From: Fidelibacterota bacterium
GTDB taxonomy: Bacteria > Fidelibacterota > SORT01
Length of the DNA stretch: 64,000 bases
Direction: 5' to 3'
Assembly (NCBI GenBank): GCA_022571215.1
Contig: JACZYG010000010.1
Coordinates: 4,876-68,875 of the forward strand
The stretch's first letter is position 1. Every line of letters starts with the position of its first letter. The translations under genes and the position numbers were made by a program. Below are positions 36,994 to 46,696 of the stretch, one piece after another. Under the pieces are notes generated by a model. The model did not search any database. It was not told the DNA's origin and saw only the letters and a list, made by a program, of their open reading frames with translations.

Positions 36994-37359
36994 TTAGTCG
37001 TTTATTAGATTCTTGATAGATTTTAAAATTAGATCTTCGTCAATAATCGGTTTCGTAATATAGTCATCAAAGCCGAGTTTTAAGTATTTTTCCCTATCTC
37101 CTGCCATAGCGTAAGCTGTTATCGCTATAACGGGAACATCCTTCGTTAACTCCTCTTCTTTTAGAAGTTTTAATACCTCCGGTCCATCCATTCCCGGAAG
37201 AGATATGTCTAAGAGAATTAAGCTCGGCACTTCTTTTTTAAGCCCTTTAATGGCTTCCAAACCGGTTTCGTATTCATTTATTTCGTAATAATCTTCAAGT
37301 ATTGCGCAAATAAGCAGACGATTGTCGGGATTGTCTTCCACGACCGCAATTTTTTTCAT
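36994..37359 (-). CDS. Single-domain response regulator (receiver only)
   Basis: IAVVEDNPDNR, LILLDISLPGMDG, AITAYA, and KP pattern. 121 aa. Confidence 0.9.
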   Translation of the reverse strand: MKKIAVVEDNPDNRLLICAILEDYYEINEYETGLEAIKGLKKEVPSLILLDISLPGMDGPEVLKLLKEEELTKDVPVIAITAYAMAGDREKYLKLGFDDYITKPIIDEDLILKSIKNLIND

Positions 37360-37745
37360 CCTCTGAATTCCTCTAAGATTCTATTTAATTCAGGTTTAAT
37401 TTCGTTATAGGCGTTCTCTAATTTTAATATCAGTTCATCATAGTTTATATCTTCGTTTGATTCAGCTATTTTCTCTATATTTCCTGAAATTTCTTCTAAT
37501 CTTGCAGCGCCAAGATTGCCGGCGCTGGATTTTATCGAGTGCGCCGCCCTTTCTACAGCCTCTAAATTCCCGGATCGGACTCCCTCTTTAGCACTCTCAA
37601 TTTTTTGGGAAACGTTTCTATGAAAAGAATTGATCAATTTTCGCACAAATTGTTTCCCGCCGATTTTCTCCAGATTAGAAATTCTCTCTAAATTTATATA
37701 TTTTTCTTCCATCTCTACATCTTTCCAATTTTCCCTATATTTCAA
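37356..37745 (-). CDS. Hpt (histidine phosphotransfer) domain protein
   Basis: AAHSIKSSAGNLGA matches the Hpt HxxKGSSxxxGA motif. 4-nt overlap with the receiver gene. Confidence 0.85.
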   Translation of the reverse strand: MKYRENWKDVEMEEKYINLERISNLEKIGGKQFVRKLINSFHRNVSQKIESAKEGVRSGNLEAVERAAHSIKSSAGNLGAARLEEISGNIEKIAESNEDINYDELILKLENAYNEIKPELNRILEEFRG

Positions 37746-37789
37746 ATAGTGTCTGACTTACTGCTTTTCATTCAATATAGATTATAAGA

Positions 37790-37805
37790 TGCAAGTGTCA
37801 TGCCA
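37790..37805 (-). promoter_or_regulatory. Sigma-54 promoter (TGGCAT-N5-TTGCA) for the hpt-REC-kinase operon
   Basis: Minus-strand reading is TTGGCATGACACTTGCAT. The GG-to-GC spacing is the canonical 12 nt. About 45 nt upstream of the hpt ATG. Confidence 0.75.
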
Positions 37806-37919
37806 ATTGGACATAAATACTTTGATTGATAATGATTATCCTAAGAATAATCAGTGTCGGTTCTGATAATGAAGTAATCGTTCTTTAGATTAAATTTATC
37901 TGACGATTTATCTCCTGAT

Positions 37920-39296
37920 CTATTTCTTAAGCTCATATTTCTTTACCTTCCGGTACAAAGTAGCCCTGCCAAGTCCTAAATTTTTTGCTGCTGTTGTTAT
38001 ATCACCATTCACTGCCTGTAAAGCATCGTTGATCGCATCTCTCTCGATTTCATCGAATGATCTGATTCTTTTTGAATCATTATCTTCTGTAGAATTTGAG
38101 TTCTCATCTACCCTGTTTTTTAATAATTCCGGATGTAAATCCTTCACGCCTATATATTCTCGCTGAGCAATTATAACTGCGCGATGTATTGTGTTTTCGA
38201 GCTCCCGAACATTGCCGGGCCAGATATGGTTTGTGAGAATTTTCATGGCTTCCGGATCTATCCCATTTATTGTGTTAGGCGATTCATCTTTGTATTTGTC
38301 AATAAAATAAGCTGCTAATAAAGGTATGTCTTCACTTCTTTCTGATAAAGGAGGGATTGAAACAGGGAATACCGAAATTCTATAATACAGGTCTTCTCTA
38401 AAAAGCTTTTGTTTTACTAAATCCATCAAATTTTTGTTTGTTGAGGCGATTACCCGTACATTCACTTTAATAGTTTTATCCCCGCCTACTCTTTCAAATT
38501 CCTTTTCCTGCAGCACTCTCAGCAATTTAATCTGAGCGGGTAATGGCATTTCACCGATCTCATCAAGAAAAATCGTTCCCTCATGCGCCGTTTCAAACTT
38601 TCCCATGCGAGAAGAATTTGCTCCTGTAAAAGAGCCTTTTTCATGTCCGAAAAGTTCGCTTTCTATCAGATTTTCAGGTATAGCGGCGCAATTGACAACG
38701 ACGAAAGGGTGTTTTGCTCTGTCTCCATTAAAATGTATGGCTTTGGCCACCAATTCTTTCCCTGTCCCGCTCTCAGCTTGTAGGAGAACGCTCACCGAAA
38801 TATTGGAAAGCTGTTTAATCAGGGCAAATAGATCCTTCATTGACTTGCTCTCTCCGATAATATTGGCAAAATGATAATTCGATTTGAGGGAGCTCCGAAG
38901 ACTTTCCAGCTCCAATACGGCTTTTAACTGCCCGAGAGCATGATTTAGCGATGTCAGGATTCGTTCCATTTGAAACGGTTTTTGTATATAATCATAGGCG
39001 CCGAGTTTCATAGCCTTGACGGCATCGTCAACCGAATTACTTGAGGTCAGCATTATAACATGACTACTTCCATCATTAGCGACAATGTCCGGAAGTATAG
39101 AGATGGAATTCCCTTCAGGAAAATAGATATCAAGAAGAGTTACATCAATATGCTTCTCTGATACTAACGCTTTACACTCATTAAGAGAGCTTGCCGTGTA
39201 AGTTTTATAGCCTTCTTTTTGAAGGTTGATTTCTAAAAATCTGCATATTTGCTCATCATCATCCGCAATCAGAATAGTGCCATGAGTTACCTCCAT
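37920..39296 (-). CDS. Sigma-54-dependent response regulator (NtrC family: REC, AAA+, Fis-type HTH)
   Basis: Receiver (ILIADDD…LLDIYFP). Walker A ESGTGKE. GAFTGA-type loop GSFTGA. Arginine finger region. C-terminal HTH AAKNLGLGRATLYRKVKKY. Confidence 0.92.
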   Translation of the reverse strand: MEVTHGTILIADDDEQICRFLEINLQKEGYKTYTASSLNECKALVSEKHIDVTLLDIYFPEGNSISILPDIVANDGSSHVIMLTSSNSVDDAVKAMKLGAYDYIQKPFQMERILTSLNHALGQLKAVLELESLRSSLKSNYHFANIIGESKSMKDLFALIKQLSNISVSVLLQAESGTGKELVAKAIHFNGDRAKHPFVVVNCAAIPENLIESELFGHEKGSFTGANSSRMGKFETAHEGTIFLDEIGEMPLPAQIKLLRVLQEKEFERVGGDKTIKVNVRVIASTNKNLMDLVKQKLFREDLYYRISVFPVSIPPLSERSEDIPLLAAYFIDKYKDESPNTINGIDPEAMKILTNHIWPGNVRELENTIHRAVIIAQREYIGVKDLHPELLKNRVDENSNSTEDNDSKRIRSFDEIERDAINDALQAVNGDITTAAKNLGLGRATLYRKVKKYELKK

Positions 39297-39400
39297 AAAT
39301 TGTTACCCGCTTTCGATTTTTTTAATATAAGCAATGCATATTTTTTGATGTTTAAATTTATTTTATCGCTGTCTAAAACACAAGCTTTGTATTCTCAATA

Positions 39401-39418
39401 TGATACATAACTGTATCA
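39401..39418. promoter_or_regulatory. Palindrome tgataca-taac-tgtatca, candidate enhancer (UAS) for the NtrC-type activator
   Basis: Perfect 7-bp arms, about 130 bp upstream of the sigma-54 promoter at 39545, in the divergent ntrC/kinase intergenic region. Confidence 0.35.
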
Positions 39419-39544
39419 AAGTGACATAATTTTTTCAAATACGGGATTCTTCGTCAAAGCAATTTTCCGTAAAGCATTACTGATAACTTATAAACACCAT
39501 ATTCATTTGTTTATATGATATTGTAAAGAGACTCTTCCCTCTTT

Positions 39545-39560
39545 TGGTACATAATTTGCC
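39545..39560 (+). promoter_or_regulatory. Sigma-54 promoter (TGGTAC-N5-TTGCC) for the 1303-aa kinase gene
   Basis: ttggtacataatttgcc with canonical 12-nt GG-to-GC spacing. About 75 nt upstream of the ATG at 39635. Confidence 0.65.
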
Positions 39561-39634
39561 CAATAATAATTCGATTATGTCTTTTACGCTGATAGGTTAC
39601 TATTTAATGGTTTTTACCGGATAATGCGCCGAAT

Positions 39635-42600
39635 ATGAATAAAGAACAATTATTAGAAGAAATAGAAAGACTTAAACTTAAGATCATTTCATTAAAAAAG
39701 TTAGATAGTACAAATTCTAACTTCTCCGAAGATTTGCATAATTCAGTTGTAGAATCAGCGCCTGACGCTATTATTTCAATAAATTCACGTGGAAATATTA
39801 TTTACTGGAATAAAAGCGCCGAACGTTTATTCGGATTCAGTAAGTATGAGATATTGGGGAGCTCCCTGACTAAAATTATTCCTCGTAGATTCAGAAATGA
39901 TCATATTGAAGGGCTAAATAGAGCTTTGACATCAAGTATTTCTAAGATCAAAGGAAAAGCAATGCAACTCATCGGATTACATAAATACGGTAAAGAGTTT
40001 CCGATAGAAATCACACTGTCCACCGGTTTCACGGATAATATGAGATATTTTACAGGAATTATACGAGATACTACGGAACGGTTTGAGGCTCAAAGATTAA
40101 TCAAAGAATCACAAGAACTATACAGCCTGTTGGTAAATAACGCAAATGACGGGATTTACATCACTACTCCGGAATATTTAGAATTCGTTAATCCGGCATT
40201 TGAACAGTTTTCGGGATATAAATTCGAGGAAGTATGTAACGAAAATTTCAATATTATTAACTTGATACACCCTGACGATCATGAGCTCGTCCAACAACGG
40301 ACGAAAGACAGAAAAGCCGGAAAAGAGATAAAATCCAGATATGAATTTAAATTTGTCACAAAATCAGGCGTCGTAAAATTTGTAGAAGTTAATACCGTTC
40401 CGTTACCGGATAAAAAGGGTAAGGTTCTCGGAATGTTGAGAGACATAACGGATAGAAAAATTGTAGAGAAAAAACTTGAAGAAACATTAGATAAGAACGA
40501 GATCAAATATAAAACTCTGATGGATACTTTAAACGACGGTATCGGTCAACTTGATAATACCGGGAAAATAATCTTTGGGAATAAACAATTATTCCAAATG
40601 CTTGGATATAGCGAAAAAGACTTAATAGGCAAATTTATAGGGGATCTTTTTCCCGAAGATATTCGCAGCGAGATGTTAGTACAAATCGCCAGCCGAAAAA
40701 CGGGGAAAGAAAGCTCCTACGAAAGTGAACTGCTCAGGAAAGACGGCATAAGGCTACCTGTGCTCATTTCTCCCAAAGCGATGTTTGACGAAAATAATGA
40801 CTTTATCGGTTCAACAGCTGTGATTTCAGATATATCACGCATAAAGATGTCCGAGCGCGAATTAGAATTTACCATGGACCAGCTTTCTTTGATATTAGAT
40901 TCCCAACCGGTAGTCACTTATCTGTCAAGAACTGAAGGAGATTTCGGGGCAACTTATATAAGCAACGGCGTGGTAGAAATGACCGGCTATCGACCTGAAG
41001 AATTCATATCAAACTCCACATTTTGGTCAAGCAATATTCATCCCGATGATGTAGAAAGAGTGTTTGCCGAACTACCGAAATTATTTGAAAACGGAGTCCA
41101 CGAACATGAATACAGATGGAAAATAAAGAATGGAACATATAGATGGTTTTTTGATTCCCTTAAGCTCGTAAAAGATAAAAACGCTCATTCTACGCATATT
41201 GTAGGAATGTGGCAGGACATTACCGAGCGTAAGAAATCGGAAAAACAAGTTCAAGAAAGTGAGGTAAAGTTTCGCTCTCTCTTCGACAGAGCTCAGGATG
41301 CGATATTCATCCTGTCAGATAACAGTATTATCGATTGTAATAAGACCGCGCTTAAACTATTGGGATACGGCAAGGAAGAAATATTGAAGATGACGCCGTA
41401 TTATTTCTCTCCTAAAAGGCAACCTGACGGAAAAAGTTCTAAAAAAGAAGCTCTTCGAAGAATTCAACTGACCATGAATGGCGCGCCACAGCTGTTTGAA
41501 TGGCAACTGACCGATAAAGACGGCAATCTGATCGATACGGAGATAATCACCTCAAGAATCGATATCGAAGGTAATAGTTACATACAGGCACTCGTCAGAG
41601 ATATTCGGCAGCGCAAAGAATCTGAACGTTTGCTCATGAAAAGCGAGCAAAATTACAAGACGTTAGTCGAAACAATGAGTGATGGACTTATTCGATTAGA
41701 TTCAAAGGCTAACATTATTTTTGCCAATAAAAAATTGCTCAGCATGCTGGGTTATTCTAAGGAAGAGCTCCTCTCAAAGAATGTGTCTGAACTCCTCAGA
41801 AAAGAAAATCAAGAACAATTTGCAGAGGAAATATCCAGACGAAAAAGAGGAGAAAACGAACCCTTTGAAACCGAATTTACAAGGAAAGACGGCAAACATA
41901 TTTCCGTAATCGTCTCTCCCGAAACCATCTATGATAAAAGTGGAGTATTCATTGGCGCTGTTGGAGTAATCACCGATATTACCGATATACGAAATATGAC
42001 CACTAAGCTGAAAGAATCAATCTCGGTATTAAAATCTACGATGGACGCAACTTACGACGCTATATTTGTTGTCGATAATGACCAACATCCAATTTATTAC
42101 AATCAAAAATTTCTTACCATGATGGGATTCACCGAGAAAAATATTGGGAAATCAAAATTTAAAGACCGGATGAAGTCGGTCGTTCACCTCTTTATTGATC
42201 CAAAACAATTCAAGAATAAGATAGAATATTTCCGAAAGAATCCTCACAAAAAAGGTTTTGATTTATTGGAATTTGTTGACGGAAGGGTATTTGAAAGATA
42301 TTCCATGCCGCGAAAAATCGACGGAAAAATAGTAGGCAGAATCTGGAGTTTCAAAGACGTTACGGATACCAAAAATGAAGAACAAAAACGGTTGGCGGCA
42401 GAGCAACGGTTAGAAACCGCAAAGCGAATGGAATCACTCGGCGTGCTTGCCGGCGGAGTAGCGCATGACCTCAATAACATATTAGGTCCTATGGTCGCTT
42501 ATCCTGATCTTTTGGCGAGTGAGCTTCCGGAAGACAGTCCGATGTTGGAAGATTTAGCGATAATAAAGGATTCTGCGGTCAGCGCTGCGGAAGTTGTGTC

Positions 42601-43546
42601 CGATCTGCTTACATTAGCTCGAAGGGGTAATTACAAGATGCAACCGCTAAGCCTTAATGATGTTTTTAGGTCGTATCGCAAATCTTTAGCTCACCATTCC
42701 TTCCAAGACCTTTTCCCTAACGTAAGATTAACAACTTATCTCTCCTCGAAACTTCATAACATTAACGGTTCTGCCTCTCATCTATCTAAAGTAGTAATGA
42801 ACATGGTAAATAATGCGTATGAAGCTATGCAGTACGGCGGAACGTTAGAAATCAAAACTTATAACAAGACATTAGAAAAACAGCTTCTCTTTAACGACGA
42901 AATTCCCAAAGGGCATTACGTCGTGATTGAGTTCAAAGATAATGGCGTAGGAATGAACGAGGACGAAATGTCTAAAATATTCGAACCTTTCTTCTCCAAA
43001 AAGGAAATGGGAAGAAGCGGCTCCGGTCTCGGATTATCAGTTGTTTGGGGAGTAGTCAAAGACCACAAGGGGTATATTGATATCACTTCGGAAGAAGGCG
43101 TGGGGACCAAGTTCAGTCTATACTTTCCTGCAACAAGAAAAAAGCAAAACGGAACAACAAATCATTTATCTTCTATAAGAGGCTCAGAGACTATTATTGT
43201 AATTGACGATGAGAAGAAACAGAGGGACGTTGCCCGGAAAGTTCTTAGTTCTCTTGGATACGAAGTTAAATGTTTTGAATCCGGCGCCAAGGGAATAAAT
43301 TATTTAAAAAAGAATGACGCTGACCTGATTATACTCGATATGGTCATGAAGAATGAGGATGACGGACTGCGGATATACCGTAGAATATTGAAAACCGATC
43401 CAACCCTGAAGACGATCATAGTAAGTGGATTTTCTGAAACCGAATATGTCAGAGAAGCAAAAAAACTCGGCGTGAAATCTTTTATCAAAAAGCCGTTCAC
43501 GGTCGAAAGTTTAGGAAAAACTGTCAGAACTATATTAGATAAATAA
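39635..43546 (+). CDS. Giant multi-PAS (about 7) hybrid sensor histidine kinase, paralogue of 6869-10375
   Basis: Repeated PAS/PAC units. H-box LAGGVAHDLNNILGP. HATPase_c boxes. Receiver IIVIDDE…LIILDMVM…KKPF. C-terminal 380 aa are collinear with the first kinase. Confidence 0.9.
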   Translation: MNKEQLLEEIERLKLKIISLKKLDSTNSNFSEDLHNSVVESAPDAIISINSRGNIIYWNKSAERLFGFSKYEILGSSLTKIIPRRFRNDHIEGLNRALTSSISKIKGKAMQLIGLHKYGKEFPIEITLSTGFTDNMRYFTGIIRDTTERFEAQRLIKESQELYSLLVNNANDGIYITTPEYLEFVNPAFEQFSGYKFEEVCNENFNIINLIHPDDHELVQQRTKDRKAGKEIKSRYEFKFVTKSGVVKFVEVNTVPLPDKKGKVLGMLRDITDRKIVEKKLEETLDKNEIKYKTLMDTLNDGIGQLDNTGKIIFGNKQLFQMLGYSEKDLIGKFIGDLFPEDIRSEMLVQIASRKTGKESSYESELLRKDGIRLPVLISPKAMFDENNDFIGSTAVISDISRIKMSERELEFTMDQLSLILDSQPVVTYLSRTEGDFGATYISNGVVEMTGYRPEEFISNSTFWSSNIHPDDVERVFAELPKLFENGVHEHEYRWKIKNGTYRWFFDSLKLVKDKNAHSTHIVGMWQDITERKKSEKQVQESEVKFRSLFDRAQDAIFILSDNSIIDCNKTALKLLGYGKEEILKMTPYYFSPKRQPDGKSSKKEALRRIQLTMNGAPQLFEWQLTDKDGNLIDTEIITSRIDIEGNSYIQALVRDIRQRKESERLLMKSEQNYKTLVETMSDGLIRLDSKANIIFANKKLLSMLGYSKEELLSKNVSELLRKENQEQFAEEISRRKRGENEPFETEFTRKDGKHISVIVSPETIYDKSGVFIGAVGVITDITDIRNMTTKLKESISVLKSTMDATYDAIFVVDNDQHPIYYNQKFLTMMGFTEKNIGKSKFKDRMKSVVHLFIDPKQFKNKIEYFRKNPHKKGFDLLEFVDGRVFERYSMPRKIDGKIVGRIWSFKDVTDTKNEEQKRLAAEQRLETAKRMESLGVLAGGVAHDLNNILGPMVAYPDLLASELPEDSPMLEDLAIIKDSAVSAAEVVSDLLTLARRGNYKMQPLSLNDVFRSYRKSLAHHSFQDLFPNVRLTTYLSSKLHNINGSASHLSKVVMNMVNNAYEAMQYGGTLEIKTYNKTLEKQLLFNDEIPKGHYVVIEFKDNGVGMNEDEMSKIFEPFFSKKEMGRSGSGLGLSVVWGVVKDHKGYIDITSEEGVGTKFSLYFPATRKKQNGTTNHLSSIRGSETIIVIDDEKKQRDVARKVLSSLGYEVKCFESGAKGINYLKKNDADLIILDMVMKNEDDGLRIYRRILKTDPTLKTIIVSGFSETEYVREAKKLGVKSFIKKPFTVESLGKTVRTILDK

Positions 43547-43556
43547 TTTATAAACT

Positions 43557-43587
43557 AAATCCGATATTTAGGATTTTATCTTTTTTC
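43557..43587 (+). terminator. Weak intrinsic terminator after the kinase gene
   Basis: aaatcc-N8-ggattt stem followed by tatcttttttc. The AT-rich stem makes it marginal. Confidence 0.3.
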
Positions 43588-43653
43588 TCAACCGTATTGT
43601 AATTCGGTTACCTCATCATTACTTTATAACATTATATAAACGGAATTTCGGTA

Positions 43654-44493
43654 TTGGATAAAACAACATTAAATGATTATTTATCAGAATCGCTGTCGTT
43701 TCTCAAAGAAAGATTCTCCGGGTTTAACGCTCGGATAGGAATTATTCTTGGTTCGGGATTAGGTCCCTTTGTAGATAATATCCGGGTTTTCAATACAATC
43801 AATACTACCGATATTCCTCATTATCCGGCATCTACGGTATCGGGTCATTCAGGTCGATTGGTTCATGGCACTGTCGAAGGAATAGAGCTCATTGCATTGC
43901 AAGGGAGGGTTCATACTTATGAAGGTTACGAGCAATGGCAAGTCACTTACCCCTCCCGCTTGATGCATCTATTAGGAGTGCGTTCGCTTATTGTCACGAA
44001 TTCATCCGGTTCCTCCAATCCTGATTTTGAACCGGGGAATTTTATGCTGATCAGGGACCATCACAATTTTATCTTTCGTGATCCGCTTTATCAGTGGGAA
44101 GAACCGAATATGGAGCCGTTCTCCCCGTATAATAAAGATTACATTTCGATGGCAAAAAATATTGCCGAGAAATTAGATCTGAAATTGTATGAAGGAGTTC
44201 TATCAGCCAATCTCGGTCCCACTTATGAGACTCCCGCTGAAGTAAGATTTCAAAGAAGTTTAGGAGGTGACGCCGCATCTATGAGCACATTCCCTGAAGT
44301 GACCGTTGCTCGCTCTCTTGGAATTAAGGTCTTGGGTCTGTCTGTATTAACAAACTACGCTGCCGGCTTGACTGAGACCCCGCTTACCCATGACGAGGTT
44401 ACTGAAACGGCTGATTCGGTATCGGGAAATTTTTCAAACCTTATAACGGAACTGATCAAGAATATTAATATCAACAATAAGGAAGAAAACTAA
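43654..44493 (+). CDS. Purine nucleoside phosphorylase (trimeric PNP/MTAP family)
   Basis: ILGSGLG, HSGRLVHG…LQGRVHTYEGY, MSTFPEV, and SVLTNYAAG motifs. TTG start. Confidence 0.85.
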   Translation: MDKTTLNDYLSESLSFLKERFSGFNARIGIILGSGLGPFVDNIRVFNTINTTDIPHYPASTVSGHSGRLVHGTVEGIELIALQGRVHTYEGYEQWQVTYPSRLMHLLGVRSLIVTNSSGSSNPDFEPGNFMLIRDHHNFIFRDPLYQWEEPNMEPFSPYNKDYISMAKNIAEKLDLKLYEGVLSANLGPTYETPAEVRFQRSLGGDAASMSTFPEVTVARSLGIKVLGLSVLTNYAAGLTETPLTHDEVTETADSVSGNFSNLITELIKNININNKEEN

Positions 44494-44495
44494 TT

Positions 44496-45356
44496 ATGTC
44501 CGACACACTATTATTGGGAGCGCATATGTCCATCGCCGGCGGAGTATCAACAGCCCCTGCCCGGGGGGAGGAACTTGGCTGCACCGCCATTCAGATTTTT
44601 ACAAAAAACGCTAACCGATGGGACGCGAAACCCCTCAGCGAAGAGGAGATAAGCTCCTACGTCGAGGAAATGTCTAAAACAAGTATTAAAAGTGTGGTGG
44701 CGCACGATAGCTATCTGATTAACCTATGCAGTCCTGTTGATGAGCTCTTAGAGAAATCGCGCAGCGCATTCTTGATAGAAATGGAGCGGTGTGAACAGCT
44801 CGGAATCCCTGCGCTCGTTACTCACCCCGGTTCACACGTCGGCAGCGGAGAGGACGTAGGAATAAAAGGGATCGCAGCAAGTCTCGATTGGCTGCACGAA
44901 AATTTTCACGGCTCAACGGCAAAAGTAGCGCTCGAAACTACCGCCGGGCAAGGCACGAATCTTGGATATACTTTTGAACAAATCGCTTCAATGATAGAAC
45001 AGACAAAAGATTCCGACAGACTCGTAGTCTGCCTCGATACATGCCATATCTTTGCCGCGGGTTATGACATCAGAACGGAAGCGACATACAACGATACTAT
45101 TGAAAAATTTGACAAGGTAATCGGTCTTGACAAGCTCGCTTGCATACATATGAATGACTCGAAATTCGAGTTTGGAAAGAAAAAAGATCGCCACGAGGAA
45201 ATAGGCGACGGTTTCATAGGCTTGGAAGGATTTGGATTTATTATGAATGATGAGCGATTGAAAGCTGTTCCGAAGGTCATGGAAACTCCAAAAGGCGATG
45301 ACGGAAAATCTCAGGACATTATTAATCTCAAGAAACTAAGGTTATTACTGAAATGA
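44496..45356 (+). CDS. nfo: Endonuclease IV (deoxyribonuclease IV)
   Basis: LLGAHMSIAGG, VAHDSYLINL, VTHPGSH, LETTAGQG, CLDTCHIFAAGYD, and IHMNDS metal-binding pattern. Confidence 0.9.
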   Translation: MSDTLLLGAHMSIAGGVSTAPARGEELGCTAIQIFTKNANRWDAKPLSEEEISSYVEEMSKTSIKSVVAHDSYLINLCSPVDELLEKSRSAFLIEMERCEQLGIPALVTHPGSHVGSGEDVGIKGIAASLDWLHENFHGSTAKVALETTAGQGTNLGYTFEQIASMIEQTKDSDRLVVCLDTCHIFAAGYDIRTEATYNDTIEKFDKVIGLDKLACIHMNDSKFEFGKKKDRHEEIGDGFIGLEGFGFIMNDERLKAVPKVMETPKGDDGKSQDIINLKKLRLLLK

Positions 45357-45372
45357 TCTCTTTTCGATAAAT

Positions 45373-46689
45373 ATGACGATTTTGCGAATCAGAGCATTTA
45401 AACCGCTTCTCTCTTACTACGTCAATCATAAAAAAATCATCGACAGAACTTTTCTGTTTCTTCTTTTAACAGGTTACTCAATTTCCGTTTATCAACGAGG
45501 CACCGATTTCCCCGTAGTTTACGAAGCCGGAAATAGAATGCTCCAACTTGAGCGGATCACATATTTTGAAGCTCACGCTTTCTCTTACCCCCCGTTCTTT
45601 GCCTTTATTTCCATCCCACTGGCGTTACTGCCGTATCAGCTGGCAAAGATGTCGTACTTCTTCCTTAGCGTGGGCGCGCTTCTGATGTCCGTAATATGGT
45701 TAAAAAAAATAATTGAAAATTCAGAAAGGTTTAAGATTCCCGAAGACTCTCATATGAGTAAATTCTTCACAGGTATATATCTTCTGCTGACAGCCCGTTT
45801 TATTATCAACAATTTTGAGCACCTTCAATCGGATATGTTTGTTCTTCTTTCGATGACGGGCGGGTTGTATTTCTTCACTAAGGGTAAAAATGTTCATTCT
45901 GCGCTTATGTTAGCTCTTGGCGCGTCAATAAAAGTTACTCCATTTCTGATTATCATTTATTTCCTCTGGAAAAGAGAATGGAAACTTTTTGCGCTCGGAC
46001 TGATATTCACTATTACATTGAATCTTCTGCCGGATATATTTTTCGGGAGTAATAGGGATAATTCCTATCTGTCTGAATGGACACCGCTTATTTCCGGCAG
46101 GTTAAATCCGCAGGAGACCTTGTCAGAAACGGATGAAGTCTGGGGACTGACATCCCGGATGAACCAATCACTCTCCACCACATTACAGCGTTATTTCACG
46201 GATGCTCCCGTAATAACGTATTCGGACCATGAAGTTCATGTCAACATGCTGTCGCTTGAGCCTAAAAACGTAAAACTGATCGCTTTGTTCATCATCCTCA
46301 TAATGGCTGCCGCATTTGCCTGGGTGACCCGCAAAAAATATAAAAGCCGTTCTGATGACAGATATTTAGTAGAATACGCTCTTGCTCTTATACTGATTTT
46401 ACTTGCGTCCCCCGTATCATCGAAACCCCATTTTTCCATATTGCTATTATCACACGCATTGATTATCGCATCAATCTATCATGGATATTTGTACAAAGGC
46501 TACCTGAACTCGCTCATATTTGCGTTTATATTATCAACTCTGATGGTTGACGGGATAGTCGGTATTGAAATAGGAAGGTATTTTGAAGCGTTAGGAAACG
46601 TTACTTTTCATGCCGTCACGGCGGGCAGCTTAGTGCTGATAATTCTTCTGAATTTGAAGCCTAAAATTACCGGGCAAATCAGCCGCTGA
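45373..46689 (+). CDS. Polytopic membrane glycosyltransferase-like protein (GT87/DUF2029-like)
   Basis: About 11 TM. LGASIKVTPFLIIIYFLWKREWK loop is typical of DUF2029/GT-C-type mannosyltransferase-like proteins. Confidence 0.55.
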   Translation: MTILRIRAFKPLLSYYVNHKKIIDRTFLFLLLTGYSISVYQRGTDFPVVYEAGNRMLQLERITYFEAHAFSYPPFFAFISIPLALLPYQLAKMSYFFLSVGALLMSVIWLKKIIENSERFKIPEDSHMSKFFTGIYLLLTARFIINNFEHLQSDMFVLLSMTGGLYFFTKGKNVHSALMLALGASIKVTPFLIIIYFLWKREWKLFALGLIFTITLNLLPDIFFGSNRDNSYLSEWTPLISGRLNPQETLSETDEVWGLTSRMNQSLSTTLQRYFTDAPVITYSDHEVHVNMLSLEPKNVKLIALFIILIMAAAFAWVTRKKYKSRSDDRYLVEYALALILILLASPVSSKPHFSILLLSHALIIASIYHGYLYKGYLNSLIFAFILSTLMVDGIVGIEIGRYFEALGNVTFHAVTAGSLVLIILLNLKPKITGQISR

Positions 46690-46696
46690 TTTTCAA

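Noticed and set aside
37795-37803. 9-mer agtgtcatg shared between the hpt sigma-54 promoter region and the hsp20 upstream region (63540-63548), considered as a common activator site.
   Set aside because: A single shared 9-mer in 128 kb of two-strand sequence is expected by chance about half the time. It has no palindromic partner and no consistent distance to the promoters.
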